A stretch of 64,000 nt of DNA, from the NCBI GenBank assembly GCA_964349765.1, contig CAYGGZ010000002.1, positions 99,151 to 163,150 on the forward strand, read 5' to 3'. Positions 47,315 through 57,687 of the stretch are shown piece after piece. The notes beneath the pieces are model-generated. The model did no database searches. It saw only the letters and a program-made list of their open reading frames with translations, and was not told where the DNA came from. The translations under genes were made by a program, and so were the position numbers. The stretch comes from an uncultured Bacteroidales bacterium (GTDB taxonomy: Bacteria; Bacteroidota; Bacteroidia; Bacteroidales; JAAYJT01). Numbering within the stretch: position 1 is the stretch's first letter; each line of letters begins with the position of its first letter.

Positions 47315-48781
47315 TCAGCGGGTTGCAGTATCAATCTGATCATGCTGGGAGTTCTTCTTAAAAGGAATAATCCGCTTTCTCAGTATTGCAAGTTTACCCC
47401 ATGCATCTGCATCCATCAAAGGCGAATCTGTTACGGCTTTGTAGGTTAACCATATTCCCAATGGCAAAAACACAGCCGACGATAGCCACATACCAACCCA
47501 GGGGTCGAGAACACCACTCCGGACATATCTATCGCCGGTAGTTGATATGATATGGAACATGATGAAGAGAAATGTTGACACCACCAGTGGCATCCCCAAC
47601 CCACCTTTACGTATTATAGCACCCAGAGGTGCTCCCACGAAAAAGAGAATAAAACATGCAACAGATAACGTGTACTTCCGGTGCAGCTCAATATCATGCC
47701 TTCTTATCTGACGTTGTTGTCCGTTAAAACTGGAACTGGTAAATTCAAGGTTGGTTTTTACGCTCCTTGTCGCATTCAGGGCTGCCTGAAGCACTTCATC
47801 ACGTGTGGGGGCATTAAGCCCACCCAACATTTCGCCTCCGAGCCGGAGCGTGGTGTCAGGAATCACAACTCGTGCTGTATCGTAATGTGTAAAGAAATAA
47901 AAATTAATACTCATCGCAGTTCTGAAGTTTTCACGTCTGGCATCTAAGAGATTTGTAAGCGAGTCGCGCGAATGCACCAATTGGCGAATATTGTACATCT
48001 GAAAGTGATTTCGGAAAAAGTCTTCATCAGTTCTGGTCAACTCAAAGCCCGACAGATCGAATCGCCTTACTTCCCGATCGAACTTAATTCGGGAAAAGGG
48101 CACTGAGTTAGGGTTGCGGCGGTCGGGGGTGTCGTCGTAGCTATAACCGTTATACAACGTGAAAACAAGAAACCTGCCGTCGGGTGATTGTTCGATTTCG
48201 CCTCGTTCGGCCAGCGTTACCGTTGTTATTCCTTCTCCGCTGGTGTGATCGTAAATTAACACATCGCGAACGATTCGCCCATCGTCTTCTATCTTGCCAA
48301 TCCGGAAAACATAACCTTCAAGACCATCGAAATAAATACCCTCTTTGAGGTTGAAGGCAAGCTTTTGTTGCCTGACATCAAAAAGTATTGACCTGAATTG
48401 CAGGTTGGTTATCGGAAGCACAATATTGGAAAAGTGAAACGCCCCAAAACTAATCAGAACCGACAGTATAATAAGAGGTTGCATCACGCGGCGAAGTGAT
48501 ATACCTGAGCTTTTCATAGATACAAGCGCATTGTGCTCGCCAAGATTACCAAAAGTCATCAGCGACGAAAGCAATATGGCCAAAGGCAAAGCCATTGGAA
48601 CAAATGTTGTGGATGCGTAGAACAAAAGCTCTGCAATCACGCCCCATTGCAGACCTTTGCCAACCAATTCGTCAATATATTTCCACACAAACTGCATCAA
48701 CAGTACAAAAATGGCAATCAGGAAAGTGAGTACCAGAGGGCCTACATAGGTGCGGAAAATATACCAGTCGAGTTTTTTCAT
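47315..48781 (-). CDS. LptF/LptG (YjgP/YjgQ) family permease
   Basis: It begins MKKLDWYIFRTYVGPLVLTFLIAIFVLLMQFVWKYIDELVGKGL... and has 6 predicted TM segments with a large periplasmic beta-jellyroll-like insert. Confidence 0.85.
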   Translation of the reverse strand: MKKLDWYIFRTYVGPLVLTFLIAIFVLLMQFVWKYIDELVGKGLQWGVIAELLFYASTTFVPMALPLAILLSSLMTFGNLGEHNALVSMKSSGISLRRVMQPLIILSVLISFGAFHFSNIVLPITNLQFRSILFDVRQQKLAFNLKEGIYFDGLEGYVFRIGKIEDDGRIVRDVLIYDHTSGEGITTVTLAERGEIEQSPDGRFLVFTLYNGYSYDDTPDRRNPNSVPFSRIKFDREVRRFDLSGFELTRTDEDFFRNHFQMYNIRQLVHSRDSLTNLLDARRENFRTAMSINFYFFTHYDTARVVIPDTTLRLGGEMLGGLNAPTRDEVLQAALNATRSVKTNLEFTSSSFNGQQRQIRRHDIELHRKYTLSVACFILFFVGAPLGAIIRKGGLGMPLVVSTFLFIMFHIISTTGDRYVRSGVLDPWVGMWLSSAVFLPLGIWLTYKAVTDSPLMDADAWGKLAILRKRIIPFKKNSQHDQIDTATR

Positions 48782-48967
48782 CCTGATTAATCTACGGTAA
48801 TGCTTAAGTTCCTTTTATTGTGCACCAATATAAAGAATGCAAATTTATTGATTTTATGGCGAACCATTAACGATTGCTACCATTGGCAGCAATAATGACA
48901 AGAAACGTTATCCATCAATACGATTATCTGTTTTAGTAAAAACGCTGGCTGTGTTAATCAATTATTA

Positions 48968-48975
48968 TACATTTG
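48968..48975 (+). promoter_or_regulatory. Candidate -7 promoter motif TAcaTTTG
   Basis: TAnnTTTG match 51 nt upstream of ATG 49026. Confidence 0.4.
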
Positions 48976-49025
48976 CCTCGCTTCTCGCAAAAGCGAAATG
49001 GTGAATTCACAAATCTGAACCCTGC

Positions 49026-50216
49026 ATGCAAATAATTCAAGTAAAAACCAGAAGCAATGCGCGGCGGTTTCACGACACACTAAGAAAACTCTACAAAGAC
49101 GACCCGCACTTTGTGTGCCCACTTGATGATGAGATCGAAGGCATATTCAATCCCAGGAATAACGTCTATTTCCGCGACGGCGATGCAGCCCGATGGATTC
49201 TTATAGACGATAAAAATAGCCTGATCGGACGAGTTGCTGCTTTCTACAATTGGAAAAAAGCCAACAAATACGATCAACCCACAGGAGGTATGGGTTTTTT
49301 TGAATGTATTAACAATAAGGAAGCGGCGTTCCTACTGTTCGACACCTGTCGTAAATGGCTCGAAAAGGCAGGCCTTGAAGCTATGGATGGCCCGGTCAAT
49401 TTTGGCGAAAACGACAACTACTGGGGACTTCACGTTGAGGGGTTCGACAACCCAAGCTACGGTATGTATTACCATAAACCATACTACAGAGAACTATTCG
49501 AATCATATGGGTTTCAGGAATATTTCGAACAGGTTACAAATAAAATCGAACTTTCACGGGCTTTTCCCGAAAGATTCTGGAAAATTGCCGACTGGGTTCG
49601 CCAAAAACCTGGCTTCAGTTTTAAACATTTTTCCAAAGCGCAGGCAGATAAATTTATAACCGACCTCAAAGACATATACGATCAGGCATGGGTGTATCAT
49701 GAACATTTTACGCCAATCAATCCCGAGGTTGTAAAAAAAGCTTTTCAGCGAGCTAAGCATATTCTCGACGAAGAATTTATATGGTTTGCATACCACGATG
49801 ATAAACCTATCGCTTTTTTGGTGATGCTACCCGATGCCAACCAGTTACTTCGTTATTTCAATGGACGATTAACCATTTTTGATAAATTAAGGTTTCTTTG
49901 TTTAAAACGGAAAAAGCTCTTTACAAGGGCCCGAATTACTGTTATGGGTGTGATTCCGCGGTTTCAAAGGTATGGAATCGAATCGGCCATTTTCTGGCAT
50001 ATGGACAAGGTGATGAAAAACAAACCAAATTACAAGGAAATAGAACTTGCATGGGTTGGTGATTTTAACCCCAGAATGCAACGGCTACATTCTGCAGTGG
50101 AAAGCAGCTTCTCAAAGAAACATATTACGTACAGGTTTTTGTTTAAGGGTGGAATTATTAAAAAGGCTGCCGTTATTTCTCCTGATTTACGTTCGGGTCA
50201 TAATACGGAATTATAG
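49026..50216 (+). CDS. Conserved Bacteroidota protein, GNAT-like N-acyltransferase fold (putative)
   Basis: The 396-aa product has ...GRVAAFYNWKKANKYDQPTGGMGFFECINNKEAAFLLFD...MDGPVNFGENDNYWGL... and C-terminal ...RFQRYGIESAIFWH... (a GNAT-like Q/RxxGxG/A-type segment). The assignment is by pattern memory only. Confidence 0.5.
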   Translation: MQIIQVKTRSNARRFHDTLRKLYKDDPHFVCPLDDEIEGIFNPRNNVYFRDGDAARWILIDDKNSLIGRVAAFYNWKKANKYDQPTGGMGFFECINNKEAAFLLFDTCRKWLEKAGLEAMDGPVNFGENDNYWGLHVEGFDNPSYGMYYHKPYYRELFESYGFQEYFEQVTNKIELSRAFPERFWKIADWVRQKPGFSFKHFSKAQADKFITDLKDIYDQAWVYHEHFTPINPEVVKKAFQRAKHILDEEFIWFAYHDDKPIAFLVMLPDANQLLRYFNGRLTIFDKLRFLCLKRKKLFTRARITVMGVIPRFQRYGIESAIFWHMDKVMKNKPNYKEIELAWVGDFNPRMQRLHSAVESSFSKKHITYRFLFKGGIIKKAAVISPDLRSGHNTEL

Positions 50217-50844
50217 ACCCTCTCCTTCACAAATTATTGCGCTATCGGTTGTTTTTCTGTATAAAATCCTGTGCATGTGGCTTTTAAGCAATAAGTCAAG
50301 ATTAACTGTTAATAGATATCACTAAAACTTGCAGGCAAAGCTCCCCATATTACTTACATCGGTATTGTTGATTTAATTTTGACCTTCAACACTCTATGTG
50401 AGTTTTGTCCTGAAACCCAATAGCCTCAACAATTATTGAAGCTGGAACCCGGAAACGTGGCTATACAATGGGAAGCTTTACAATAACTTAACCCTCTGTG
50501 CAGTAAAAATAACGGTCATATTGTGGTCAGAAATCGAAAAAATTTCACAGCATCGAATGAAATCATGATTATACATTTATACTATTTCAATATTACAACC
50601 TATATCTCTCTGATTTACAATATAAATGTCGTCTTGTTAAAAAATCCCACAATAAATTAACAATTATTAACATTTTTTTGCAACTTTTGATTTTTGTATT
50701 ATATTAGCGCCCTTATTATCGAAAATAAAGAAAGAAATGAAACAAGCTTACGGAAAACTATGTTCAACGAAAATATAATCAATGATCGAAGGAGTCTTTA
50801 TGTTTAACTAAAGTTTAATTATTTCTAACAAAAACCATTTAATT

Positions 50845-53800
50845 ATGAGAAACATTACCATTTTGCTTGTATGCATGCTATTTGCATTCCAGGCAGCGCT
50901 AGCACAAAGAACGATCACAGGCACCGTGATCAGTTCTGAGGATGGCAGTGGGATACCAGGCGCGACCGTTGTTGTGCAAGGAACAACGATGGGTACTACC
51001 ACTGATATGGCCGGTAAATACCAGCTTACTGTGCCAGATAACGCACGTGTTCTGGAATTTTCATTTATCGGCATGAAAAGGGTCGAAGTAATGATTGGAA
51101 ATCAGGTAGTGATCAACGTTACTCTTGAACCCGATGTTGTTGATATTGAGGGAGTTGTTGTAACAGCCCTTGGTATAGAACGCGAACAGCGATCAATCGG
51201 CTTTTCTTTGCAAGAGATTGGTGGCGATGTTATTGGCCAAACAGGAAACCCAAACCTCGTAACATCGCTTCAGGGGAAGGTTGCAGGCATGGAGGTGCGT
51301 CAGTCGTCAGGGATGCCAGGCGCAGCAGCAACAATCCTGATTCGTGGCGCCCGTTCGTTTAGTGGCAACAACCAACCACTTGTTGTTGTTGATGGAATGC
51401 CTATCCGCTCCACGCCCGATATATTTGCAAACGTTATCGGGACACAGTATACACAGCGCCTTGTGGACATTAACCCCAACGACATCGAAAATATTACCGT
51501 TCTAAAAGGTCAGGCCGCAGCAGCCTTGTATGGTATGGAGGCTTTTAACGGGGTTCTTGTAATCACAACCAAAAGTGGCCGTGGGCTTGCAGTAGGTCGG
51601 CCTGTAGTGAGTGTTACTACCAACTATTCACAAGATCGCATCTCGCGTTGGCCTGATTTGCAGCAAACATTCGCTCAGGGCACAGCCGATTTTGTTTCAG
51701 GTAAGTTTGCTTTCAGACCAGTGCATTCCCTTTCATGGGGGCCAAGACTTGATTCGTTACCCAACGACCCTGTGTATGGCGGTAACAACTTCCCTGTTAT
51801 CGTAGATGGCGATACTACCTTCCCATATCAGGGAATGTTTTATCACCCACAAAAAGCAGCATGGGTATTGCCTCAGGCATTCAACTCTACAAAAGATTTC
51901 TTCGAAACTGGCCACACAGTAAATACCAATATCAATGTGAGCCAGAACACCCATCTTGGCGATTACACACTTGGCTTCGGAACAACTACCCAGGAAGGTA
52001 TTATTCCCAGCTCTGCAATGACCCGGCATAATGCAAGGATCGGCGCTAACCTTGACATGAACAACAGGTGGAAAGCAGGATTCCAGGCCAACTACGCCGA
52101 CTTGTCGGTTAATAAGATCCCTTCAGGCAATACCGGTATTCTGTTTACCGTGTACGGCTCGCCGCCATCATATGATCTGGCAGGCACTCCTTATCATATG
52201 CCTGGAAATCCCTTCGACCAGGTATCGTATCGCCGTGGCGCTGTTGGGGAAAACCCAATCTGGGCTACAAAAAACAATATATTCGAGGAAAACACACGCC
52301 GTTTCTTCGGTCACACCTACCTTCAGTTCATGCCAACAACATGGGCAAATTTCAGATACCAAATTGGCGTTGACTATTATGGCACTGATATGGAAGAGAT
52401 ACTCCAGATGGGAAGCGCACAGGCAGGTCATATCCTCCGTACTGCTGCCGGTTATGGTACACCTCTCGCTCCTACTCCCTTACCTGTTGTTCCTGCCGGC
52501 GGACAATTAGTAAACCAGGGTATTATTCACCGCAATGTTAACTCATTGTTGCTGGGTACATTCAACCACAACTTCAGCGAAGACCTGAGTGCCACACTGA
52601 TCCTCGGAAACGAAATTGTTGACCAATATCGTCGTACATGGTGGATGCAGGGAACCACATTTACACAAGCTGGTTGGAATAATATGGCCAATACATCAAC
52701 TCAAACTGCTTCAGAAGCCAAAAGCCTCTACCGTTCGTTTGGAGTGTTCGGCAACCTTGAGTTGGAATACAGAAGAATGCTGTACCTGAATCTTACCGGA
52801 CGCAACGACATTGTTTCGAGTATGCCCCGTGGCAGCCGCTCGTTCTTCTATCCCTCCGTTTCGTTGGGTTTTGTGTTCACAGAACTCGAAGCGCTTCGCG
52901 ATAACAATCTGCTGCCTTTCGGTAAATTGCGTGTATCATACGCACAGGTTGGCCAGGCTGGCTCCTTCTTTAACCCATTTTTCCTGAGATCCGATGCCGG
53001 AACCAGCGGTTTTCAAACCTGGGGAGTTCTATTCCCGATTGGAGGAGCTACAGGATATCAACCTTCGTCATCGCTGTGGGATTCAAACCTGAAACCTGAA
53101 AACACCAGTTCAATTGAAGTTGGCGCAGATCTTCGTTTCTTGAATAACAGGATTGGTCTGGACTACACTTATATATATAACGTGGCCGATGGTCAGATTT
53201 TCCCTGTTCCAATGGCAGGTTCAACCGGATTTGTCGATAAATACAGAAACGCAGGCAAGATGCTAACTACCGGGCATGAATTAATGCTAACAACAACGCC
53301 GTTGATAGCGGGAGATTTCCGTTGGGATGTTAATGTAAACTTTACCAGGCTTGTAAATACGGTTGAAGAACTCGCCGAAGGTGTTGAAAATATTTTCCTT
53401 GGCGGTTATGTAGATCCAAACATTCGCGCTGCAGCCGGCGATACTTACCCTGCCATTTACGGAACGAGGTTCTTGAGAGACGACCAAGGCCGCATCCTCG
53501 TAGATGAAAATCCAGAAAGTGATTATTATGGTTTCCCGCTCGCAGGGGATTTTGGAAAAATTGGCGATGTTTCACCCGATTTCCTGATGGGTATAAACAC
53601 GATGATCCGGTATAAGTATGTTACGCTCAGCGCCTTCTTCGATTGGAAACAGGGCGGTCAGATTTATTCAGGAACAAACCGTCTTATTGACTTTTACGGA
53701 ACATCAGCTCTGACCGAAAATCGCGAGGAGCGTGGTGTACTGTACCCAGACGGGTATCTTTCCAATGGACAGCCCAACAACATTGAGCGTGGTGGACCTG

Positions 53801-54114
53801 ACGATCCCTTTGCCCATTATTTCCTGCACGCCGACATCCTTACGAATATTTCTGAAGCCCATATTTTTGATGCTTCGTTTTTCAGACTACGCGATGTTAG
53901 CCTTGGAATAGAAGTTCCCAAGTCCCTGACTTCTCCGTTGCGTCTGCAAACAGCTACAATTACCCTCTCGGCAAGAAATATACTGCTTTGGGCTCCAATG
54001 CTTAATTTCGATCCTGAAACTTCGCAGGCGAGCGGTAATGCACAAGGTGGTTTCGACTATATGTCGTTACCGCAAACCTCATCGTTTGGACTCGGTGTAA
54101 ACTTCACTTTCTAA
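50845..54114 (+). CDS. SusC/RagA-family TonB-linked outer membrane protein
   Basis: It has a signal peptide, a CarboxypepD_reg-like domain (ITGTVISSEDGSGIPGATVVVQGT), a plug (...NDIENITVLKGQAAAALYG...), a long barrel, and a C-terminal ...GLGVNFTF. Confidence 0.93.
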   Translation: MRNITILLVCMLFAFQAALAQRTITGTVISSEDGSGIPGATVVVQGTTMGTTTDMAGKYQLTVPDNARVLEFSFIGMKRVEVMIGNQVVINVTLEPDVVDIEGVVVTALGIEREQRSIGFSLQEIGGDVIGQTGNPNLVTSLQGKVAGMEVRQSSGMPGAAATILIRGARSFSGNNQPLVVVDGMPIRSTPDIFANVIGTQYTQRLVDINPNDIENITVLKGQAAAALYGMEAFNGVLVITTKSGRGLAVGRPVVSVTTNYSQDRISRWPDLQQTFAQGTADFVSGKFAFRPVHSLSWGPRLDSLPNDPVYGGNNFPVIVDGDTTFPYQGMFYHPQKAAWVLPQAFNSTKDFFETGHTVNTNINVSQNTHLGDYTLGFGTTTQEGIIPSSAMTRHNARIGANLDMNNRWKAGFQANYADLSVNKIPSGNTGILFTVYGSPPSYDLAGTPYHMPGNPFDQVSYRRGAVGENPIWATKNNIFEENTRRFFGHTYLQFMPTTWANFRYQIGVDYYGTDMEEILQMGSAQAGHILRTAAGYGTPLAPTPLPVVPAGGQLVNQGIIHRNVNSLLLGTFNHNFSEDLSATLILGNEIVDQYRRTWWMQGTTFTQAGWNNMANTSTQTASEAKSLYRSFGVFGNLELEYRRMLYLNLTGRNDIVSSMPRGSRSFFYPSVSLGFVFTELEALRDNNLLPFGKLRVSYAQVGQAGSFFNPFFLRSDAGTSGFQTWGVLFPIGGATGYQPSSSLWDSNLKPENTSSIEVGADLRFLNNRIGLDYTYIYNVADGQIFPVPMAGSTGFVDKYRNAGKMLTTGHELMLTTTPLIAGDFRWDVNVNFTRLVNTVEELAEGVENIFLGGYVDPNIRAAAGDTYPAIYGTRFLRDDQGRILVDENPESDYYGFPLAGDFGKIGDVSPDFLMGINTMIRYKYVTLSAFFDWKQGGQIYSGTNRLIDFYGTSALTENREERGVLYPDGYLSNGQPNNIERGGPDDPFAHYFLHADILTNISEAHIFDASFFRLRDVSLGIEVPKSLTSPLRLQTATITLSARNILLWAPMLNFDPETSQASGNAQGGFDYMSLPQTSSFGLGVNFTF

Positions 54115-54144
54115 TACATGTTGAATTAAATAAATAGATAAACT

Positions 54145-55569
54145 ATGAAAAAAATATTAGCATTATTACTGATAGCGGTTTTCTTCGCCGGTTGTAGTGA
54201 AGATATCATGGATGATATTAACCGTGACCGCAACAACGCATCCCATCTTGAAGCGAGATTCATGCTGCCTACTGTCATTTTGAAAACTGCTGTTGAAACC
54301 TATGCACACGACATTGCCTGGTACGCTTCGGTATTTGTTGAACATAACGCCGGCACATGGGGTCAGCACTTTACCGCCGATCGCCGTACTAACGTAAACG
54401 AGGCATCGTTGATGAATAACGCATGGAACAGGTTATACACAGTGCAGATGATTTTGAAAGACATTCGCACTAAAACTGCCCCCGATGGCCCGGAAGCAGC
54501 CAATAATGTCCTTCTGGGAATTGCACAGGTTCTAACCGCTACCAATCTGGCAATGACCACTGATATGTGGAACAAGGCTCCGTGGACAGAAGCGCTCCAA
54601 GGTTCCGCCAATTATCAGCCAGTGTACGACGAGCCCCAAGATATCTATGCCGATGTATTTGAGTTGCTCGAAAATGGCATCACAAATCTAAGCACTCCTA
54701 TCTCGGCTCCGCTATTTACCGCTATGCGGCCTCTTGACCTGCTTTACGGTCATATTACTGACCAAACTGCATACCGCAATGCATGGATCAGGTTGGCAAA
54801 TAGCTTCAAAGCTCGTTACAGCATGCGCCTGCTAAACGTTGATAATGAAGCATTAGCTAAAGTTGCAGCAGCCATCCCAAATGGCTTTGCCGCTGCAGCA
54901 GATCAAGCGTTGTTTACAAAGTATGAAGCCGTAGCCACAAGGTACAACCCGTGGGCAGAGTTTGAGGCTGGTCGTATGCACTTCTCAACCAGTTCTACGC
55001 TCTACAACCTGATGAACCAGCGCAACGACCCAAGAATGAGTTTCTACTTTTCTACCGTGGGCGGTGTTATTGTTCCAGCTCCGATTGGTAATGCTGACCA
55101 AACCCAAGGCGGTATTTACTCAAGGTCGCTGTTCTCTGCATGGACCGCAGCCAATCAACGACGTCCAACTCCTATCATGACTTTTCATGAGTTGCTCTTC
55201 ATCGAAGCCGAAATGCTTCAGCGCACTGGTGGCGACTGGCAAACTGTTCTGCAGGAAGCTATCACTGCTAATTTTACTTATCATGGAATAACCGCAGATC
55301 CTGTTGCATACTTCAACAGTCTCAACCTTGCCAGCCCATTGGAAGAAATAATGACTCAGAAGTACATTGCCATGTATGAGTTCGAAGCTATTGAAGCTTA
55401 TAACGACTATCGCCGCACGGGAATTCCAACTATGCATAATCCTCAGAATGCCATTTATGGATTTGTGCATCGTTTCCCATACCCCGAAAGCGAAGTTTCA
55501 AACAACTCAGCCAACGTACCCGTCGTAAATGCTTTTCACGACAGGGTATGGTGGGCTAAGCAGGATTAA
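54145..55569 (+). CDS. SusD/RagB-family nutrient-binding lipoprotein
   Basis: It has a lipobox (LLIAVFFAGC SED) and TPR-like helical content. The C-terminal ...EAYNDYRRTGIP... motif is typical of SusD-like proteins. It lies immediately downstream of the SusC-like gene. Confidence 0.88.
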   Translation: MKKILALLLIAVFFAGCSEDIMDDINRDRNNASHLEARFMLPTVILKTAVETYAHDIAWYASVFVEHNAGTWGQHFTADRRTNVNEASLMNNAWNRLYTVQMILKDIRTKTAPDGPEAANNVLLGIAQVLTATNLAMTTDMWNKAPWTEALQGSANYQPVYDEPQDIYADVFELLENGITNLSTPISAPLFTAMRPLDLLYGHITDQTAYRNAWIRLANSFKARYSMRLLNVDNEALAKVAAAIPNGFAAAADQALFTKYEAVATRYNPWAEFEAGRMHFSTSSTLYNLMNQRNDPRMSFYFSTVGGVIVPAPIGNADQTQGGIYSRSLFSAWTAANQRRPTPIMTFHELLFIEAEMLQRTGGDWQTVLQEAITANFTYHGITADPVAYFNSLNLASPLEEIMTQKYIAMYEFEAIEAYNDYRRTGIPTMHNPQNAIYGFVHRFPYPESEVSNNSANVPVVNAFHDRVWWAKQD

Positions 55570-55585
55570 GTTAAACATACTTGAC

Positions 55586-55623
55586 AAAAAGAGGCTGCCC
55601 AAAAAGGCAGCCTCTTTTATTTT
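55586..55623. terminator. Bidirectional rho-independent terminator
   Basis: aaaaa gaggctgcc caaaaa ggcagcctc ttttatttt has a 9-bp GC-rich stem (55591-55599 / 55606-55614) flanked by A- and T-runs. It sits between the convergent SusD-like and M23 genes. Confidence 0.8.
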
Positions 55624-55673
55624 GGCATTATGACCCGGTGGGGCTTAGTTCGGTGCTAAAGCACACATGTTTA

Positions 55674-56930
55674 TCATGACTGGTTATCGTTCAAAACTTT
55701 AAGCATCTCAACAACATGTTGATCATATTCCAAACGGTATTCCTGCTTTACCGGTTCGGCAGGTGGCGATTCGACCCTAAGTGGGTTTACCGGCCTTCCA
55801 TTCTGATAAAACCTGAAGCAAAGATGCGGTCCTGTTGAGGATCCTGTACTTCCAACATAACCAATTACCTGACCTTGTTTCACACGTACTCCCGCCCGTA
55901 TTCCTTTCCCAAACCTGGAGAGATGCAAATATTGTGTTTTATAAACGCTGTTGTGAACAATTTCAACCATATTGCCCGAAGCGCCGCGATACCGGGCAAC
56001 CGTAACCTTTCCATCGCCGATGGCCATTACAGGTGTTCCTGTGGGTGCAGCGTAGTCGACACCGTGATGCGGCCTGTAAACGCGATGAATAGGATGCAAT
56101 CGCCGATGCGAGAAATGGGAGGAAATTCGTGAAAATTTGAGTGGTGCCTTCAGAAAAGTTTTTCGCAAGCTGTTGCCGTTCTCATCAAAATAATCGCCTT
56201 TGTCGCCTTGTACAAAATAGAAAGCATAAAAGTCTTCGCCTCCATGCCGGAACACAGCCGATAAAATTCTGCCAATCCCAATGGGTTTGCCTTCAACTAT
56301 AAGATTTTCGTACTGTACCCGAAAAGAGTCTCCCTTCTGAATTGCAAAAAAATCAATACTCCATGCATAAATTTCTGATAATTCAAGTGCAAGCTGAGGA
56401 TTAGCCCCCTGGGCGGTGATGCTGTTCCAAAGTGATGATTCTATTAGGCCGGAAACCATTTCTGTGCGGCGTTCAACCTGCTTTTCGCCTGTGTATACCT
56501 TTACAGCATCGCGCAAATCGAAAACAACATATTGGATTGGCGAATACTGGTAAATGAAGTATTGAATAACTTCGAGCGAATCGGCGGTTGAAAGTACGGT
56601 ATACTTGTTTCCTGCCTTAAGCTGTCGTAGATCGAAAACTCCTCTTGATGCCCTTACAACCTGATCGATCCTTTGCGCACTCACTCCAAATTGATCGAGA
56701 ATCACCGATAGGCTTTCACGTGGTCTGACGAAATTTTCATGTAATATCAGTGAGTCGATCTGAATGCCATAGCGGAACTGAGGTTCGGCTTTTGCGTCAA
56801 CTATAACGTCAATAGCAGATTTGTCGCGTCGGGGAATAAAAAATACCATTATTAGAGCTAAGACTACAACCACAATTAACGTAACTAAAAAGAGCGACCG
56901 CCGTTGAAAAAGTAATTTTATTTTCTTCAT
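55674..56930 (-). CDS. M23 family metallopeptidase
   Basis: It has an N-terminal TM anchor. The C-terminus reads ...HHGVDYAAPTGTPVMAIGDGKV...YLHLSRF...GYVGSTGSSTGPHLCF (HxxxD and HxH motifs). Confidence 0.9.
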   Translation of the reverse strand: MKKIKLLFQRRSLFLVTLIVVVVLALIMVFFIPRRDKSAIDVIVDAKAEPQFRYGIQIDSLILHENFVRPRESLSVILDQFGVSAQRIDQVVRASRGVFDLRQLKAGNKYTVLSTADSLEVIQYFIYQYSPIQYVVFDLRDAVKVYTGEKQVERRTEMVSGLIESSLWNSITAQGANPQLALELSEIYAWSIDFFAIQKGDSFRVQYENLIVEGKPIGIGRILSAVFRHGGEDFYAFYFVQGDKGDYFDENGNSLRKTFLKAPLKFSRISSHFSHRRLHPIHRVYRPHHGVDYAAPTGTPVMAIGDGKVTVARYRGASGNMVEIVHNSVYKTQYLHLSRFGKGIRAGVRVKQGQVIGYVGSTGSSTGPHLCFRFYQNGRPVNPLRVESPPAEPVKQEYRLEYDQHVVEMLKVLNDNQS

Positions 56931-57078
56931 TTTGCAGTAGTTACTTGCTTTACAATTAAAATTTTAGTGCTCGCCAGGTTTGAACCATATAACACACGTT
57001 GACCCTTCAAGCCACTTTAACAATGTTTAAATGAGTGATTTATTGCCCTACTCTATGAAAATTCTGTGTTGCTAACGC

Positions 57079-57666
57079 CTATTTGCCTTTATGTTCCATA
57101 GAAAAGTTTACTCCTGCCCGGAAGCAACGCAGGTTTATTTCGACAATATCGTCGCCTTTCCGACCAAACATTTTACGGATAGCTTTCTCTAACAATTCCT
57201 CCGGAATTCCAAGATGCGGAGAGGCCGCCCCCAGGATCACGATGTTGGCAGATCGGGATGAGCCGAGCTCTCTGGCAATCAGATCAGCATCAATGGCCAC
57301 ATGGTGAGGGAGTTTTGCTATTTCTTCCAGAATTTTTTCAATCTGTGGATAGTTGCTAATGTTGACAAACGGCGTAGTGTTTGTAATCAGCCATCCGCCG
57401 CTTGCAAGCATAGGCAAATAGCGCAACGATTCCATTGGTTCAACCGAGATAATCATATCTGCCTTGCCCTTGGGAATCAGATCACTGGCGATTTCTTTAT
57501 CTGAGATCCGCAGATTCGACTGCACATCGCCGCCGCGTTGGCTCATACCATGCACTTCGGATTGTTTCAGGTGCAGCCCCATACCCAGAGCAGCCATACC
57601 TATTGTAGCCGCGATTGATAAGATGCCTTGCCCTCCGACACCTGCTAATATTATATCCTTTTTCAT
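57079..57666 (-). CDS. iorB: Indolepyruvate ferredoxin oxidoreductase subunit beta
   Basis: The 195-aa product reads ...ILAGVGGQGILSIA...SEVHGMSQRGG.... It lies directly downstream of iorA. Confidence 0.88.
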   Translation of the reverse strand: MKKDIILAGVGGQGILSIAATIGMAALGMGLHLKQSEVHGMSQRGGDVQSNLRISDKEIASDLIPKGKADMIISVEPMESLRYLPMLASGGWLITNTTPFVNISNYPQIEKILEEIAKLPHHVAIDADLIARELGSSRSANIVILGAASPHLGIPEELLEKAIRKMFGRKGDDIVEINLRCFRAGVNFSMEHKGK

Positions 57667-57687
57667 GCTAAACGGAATTGTGGTTAA

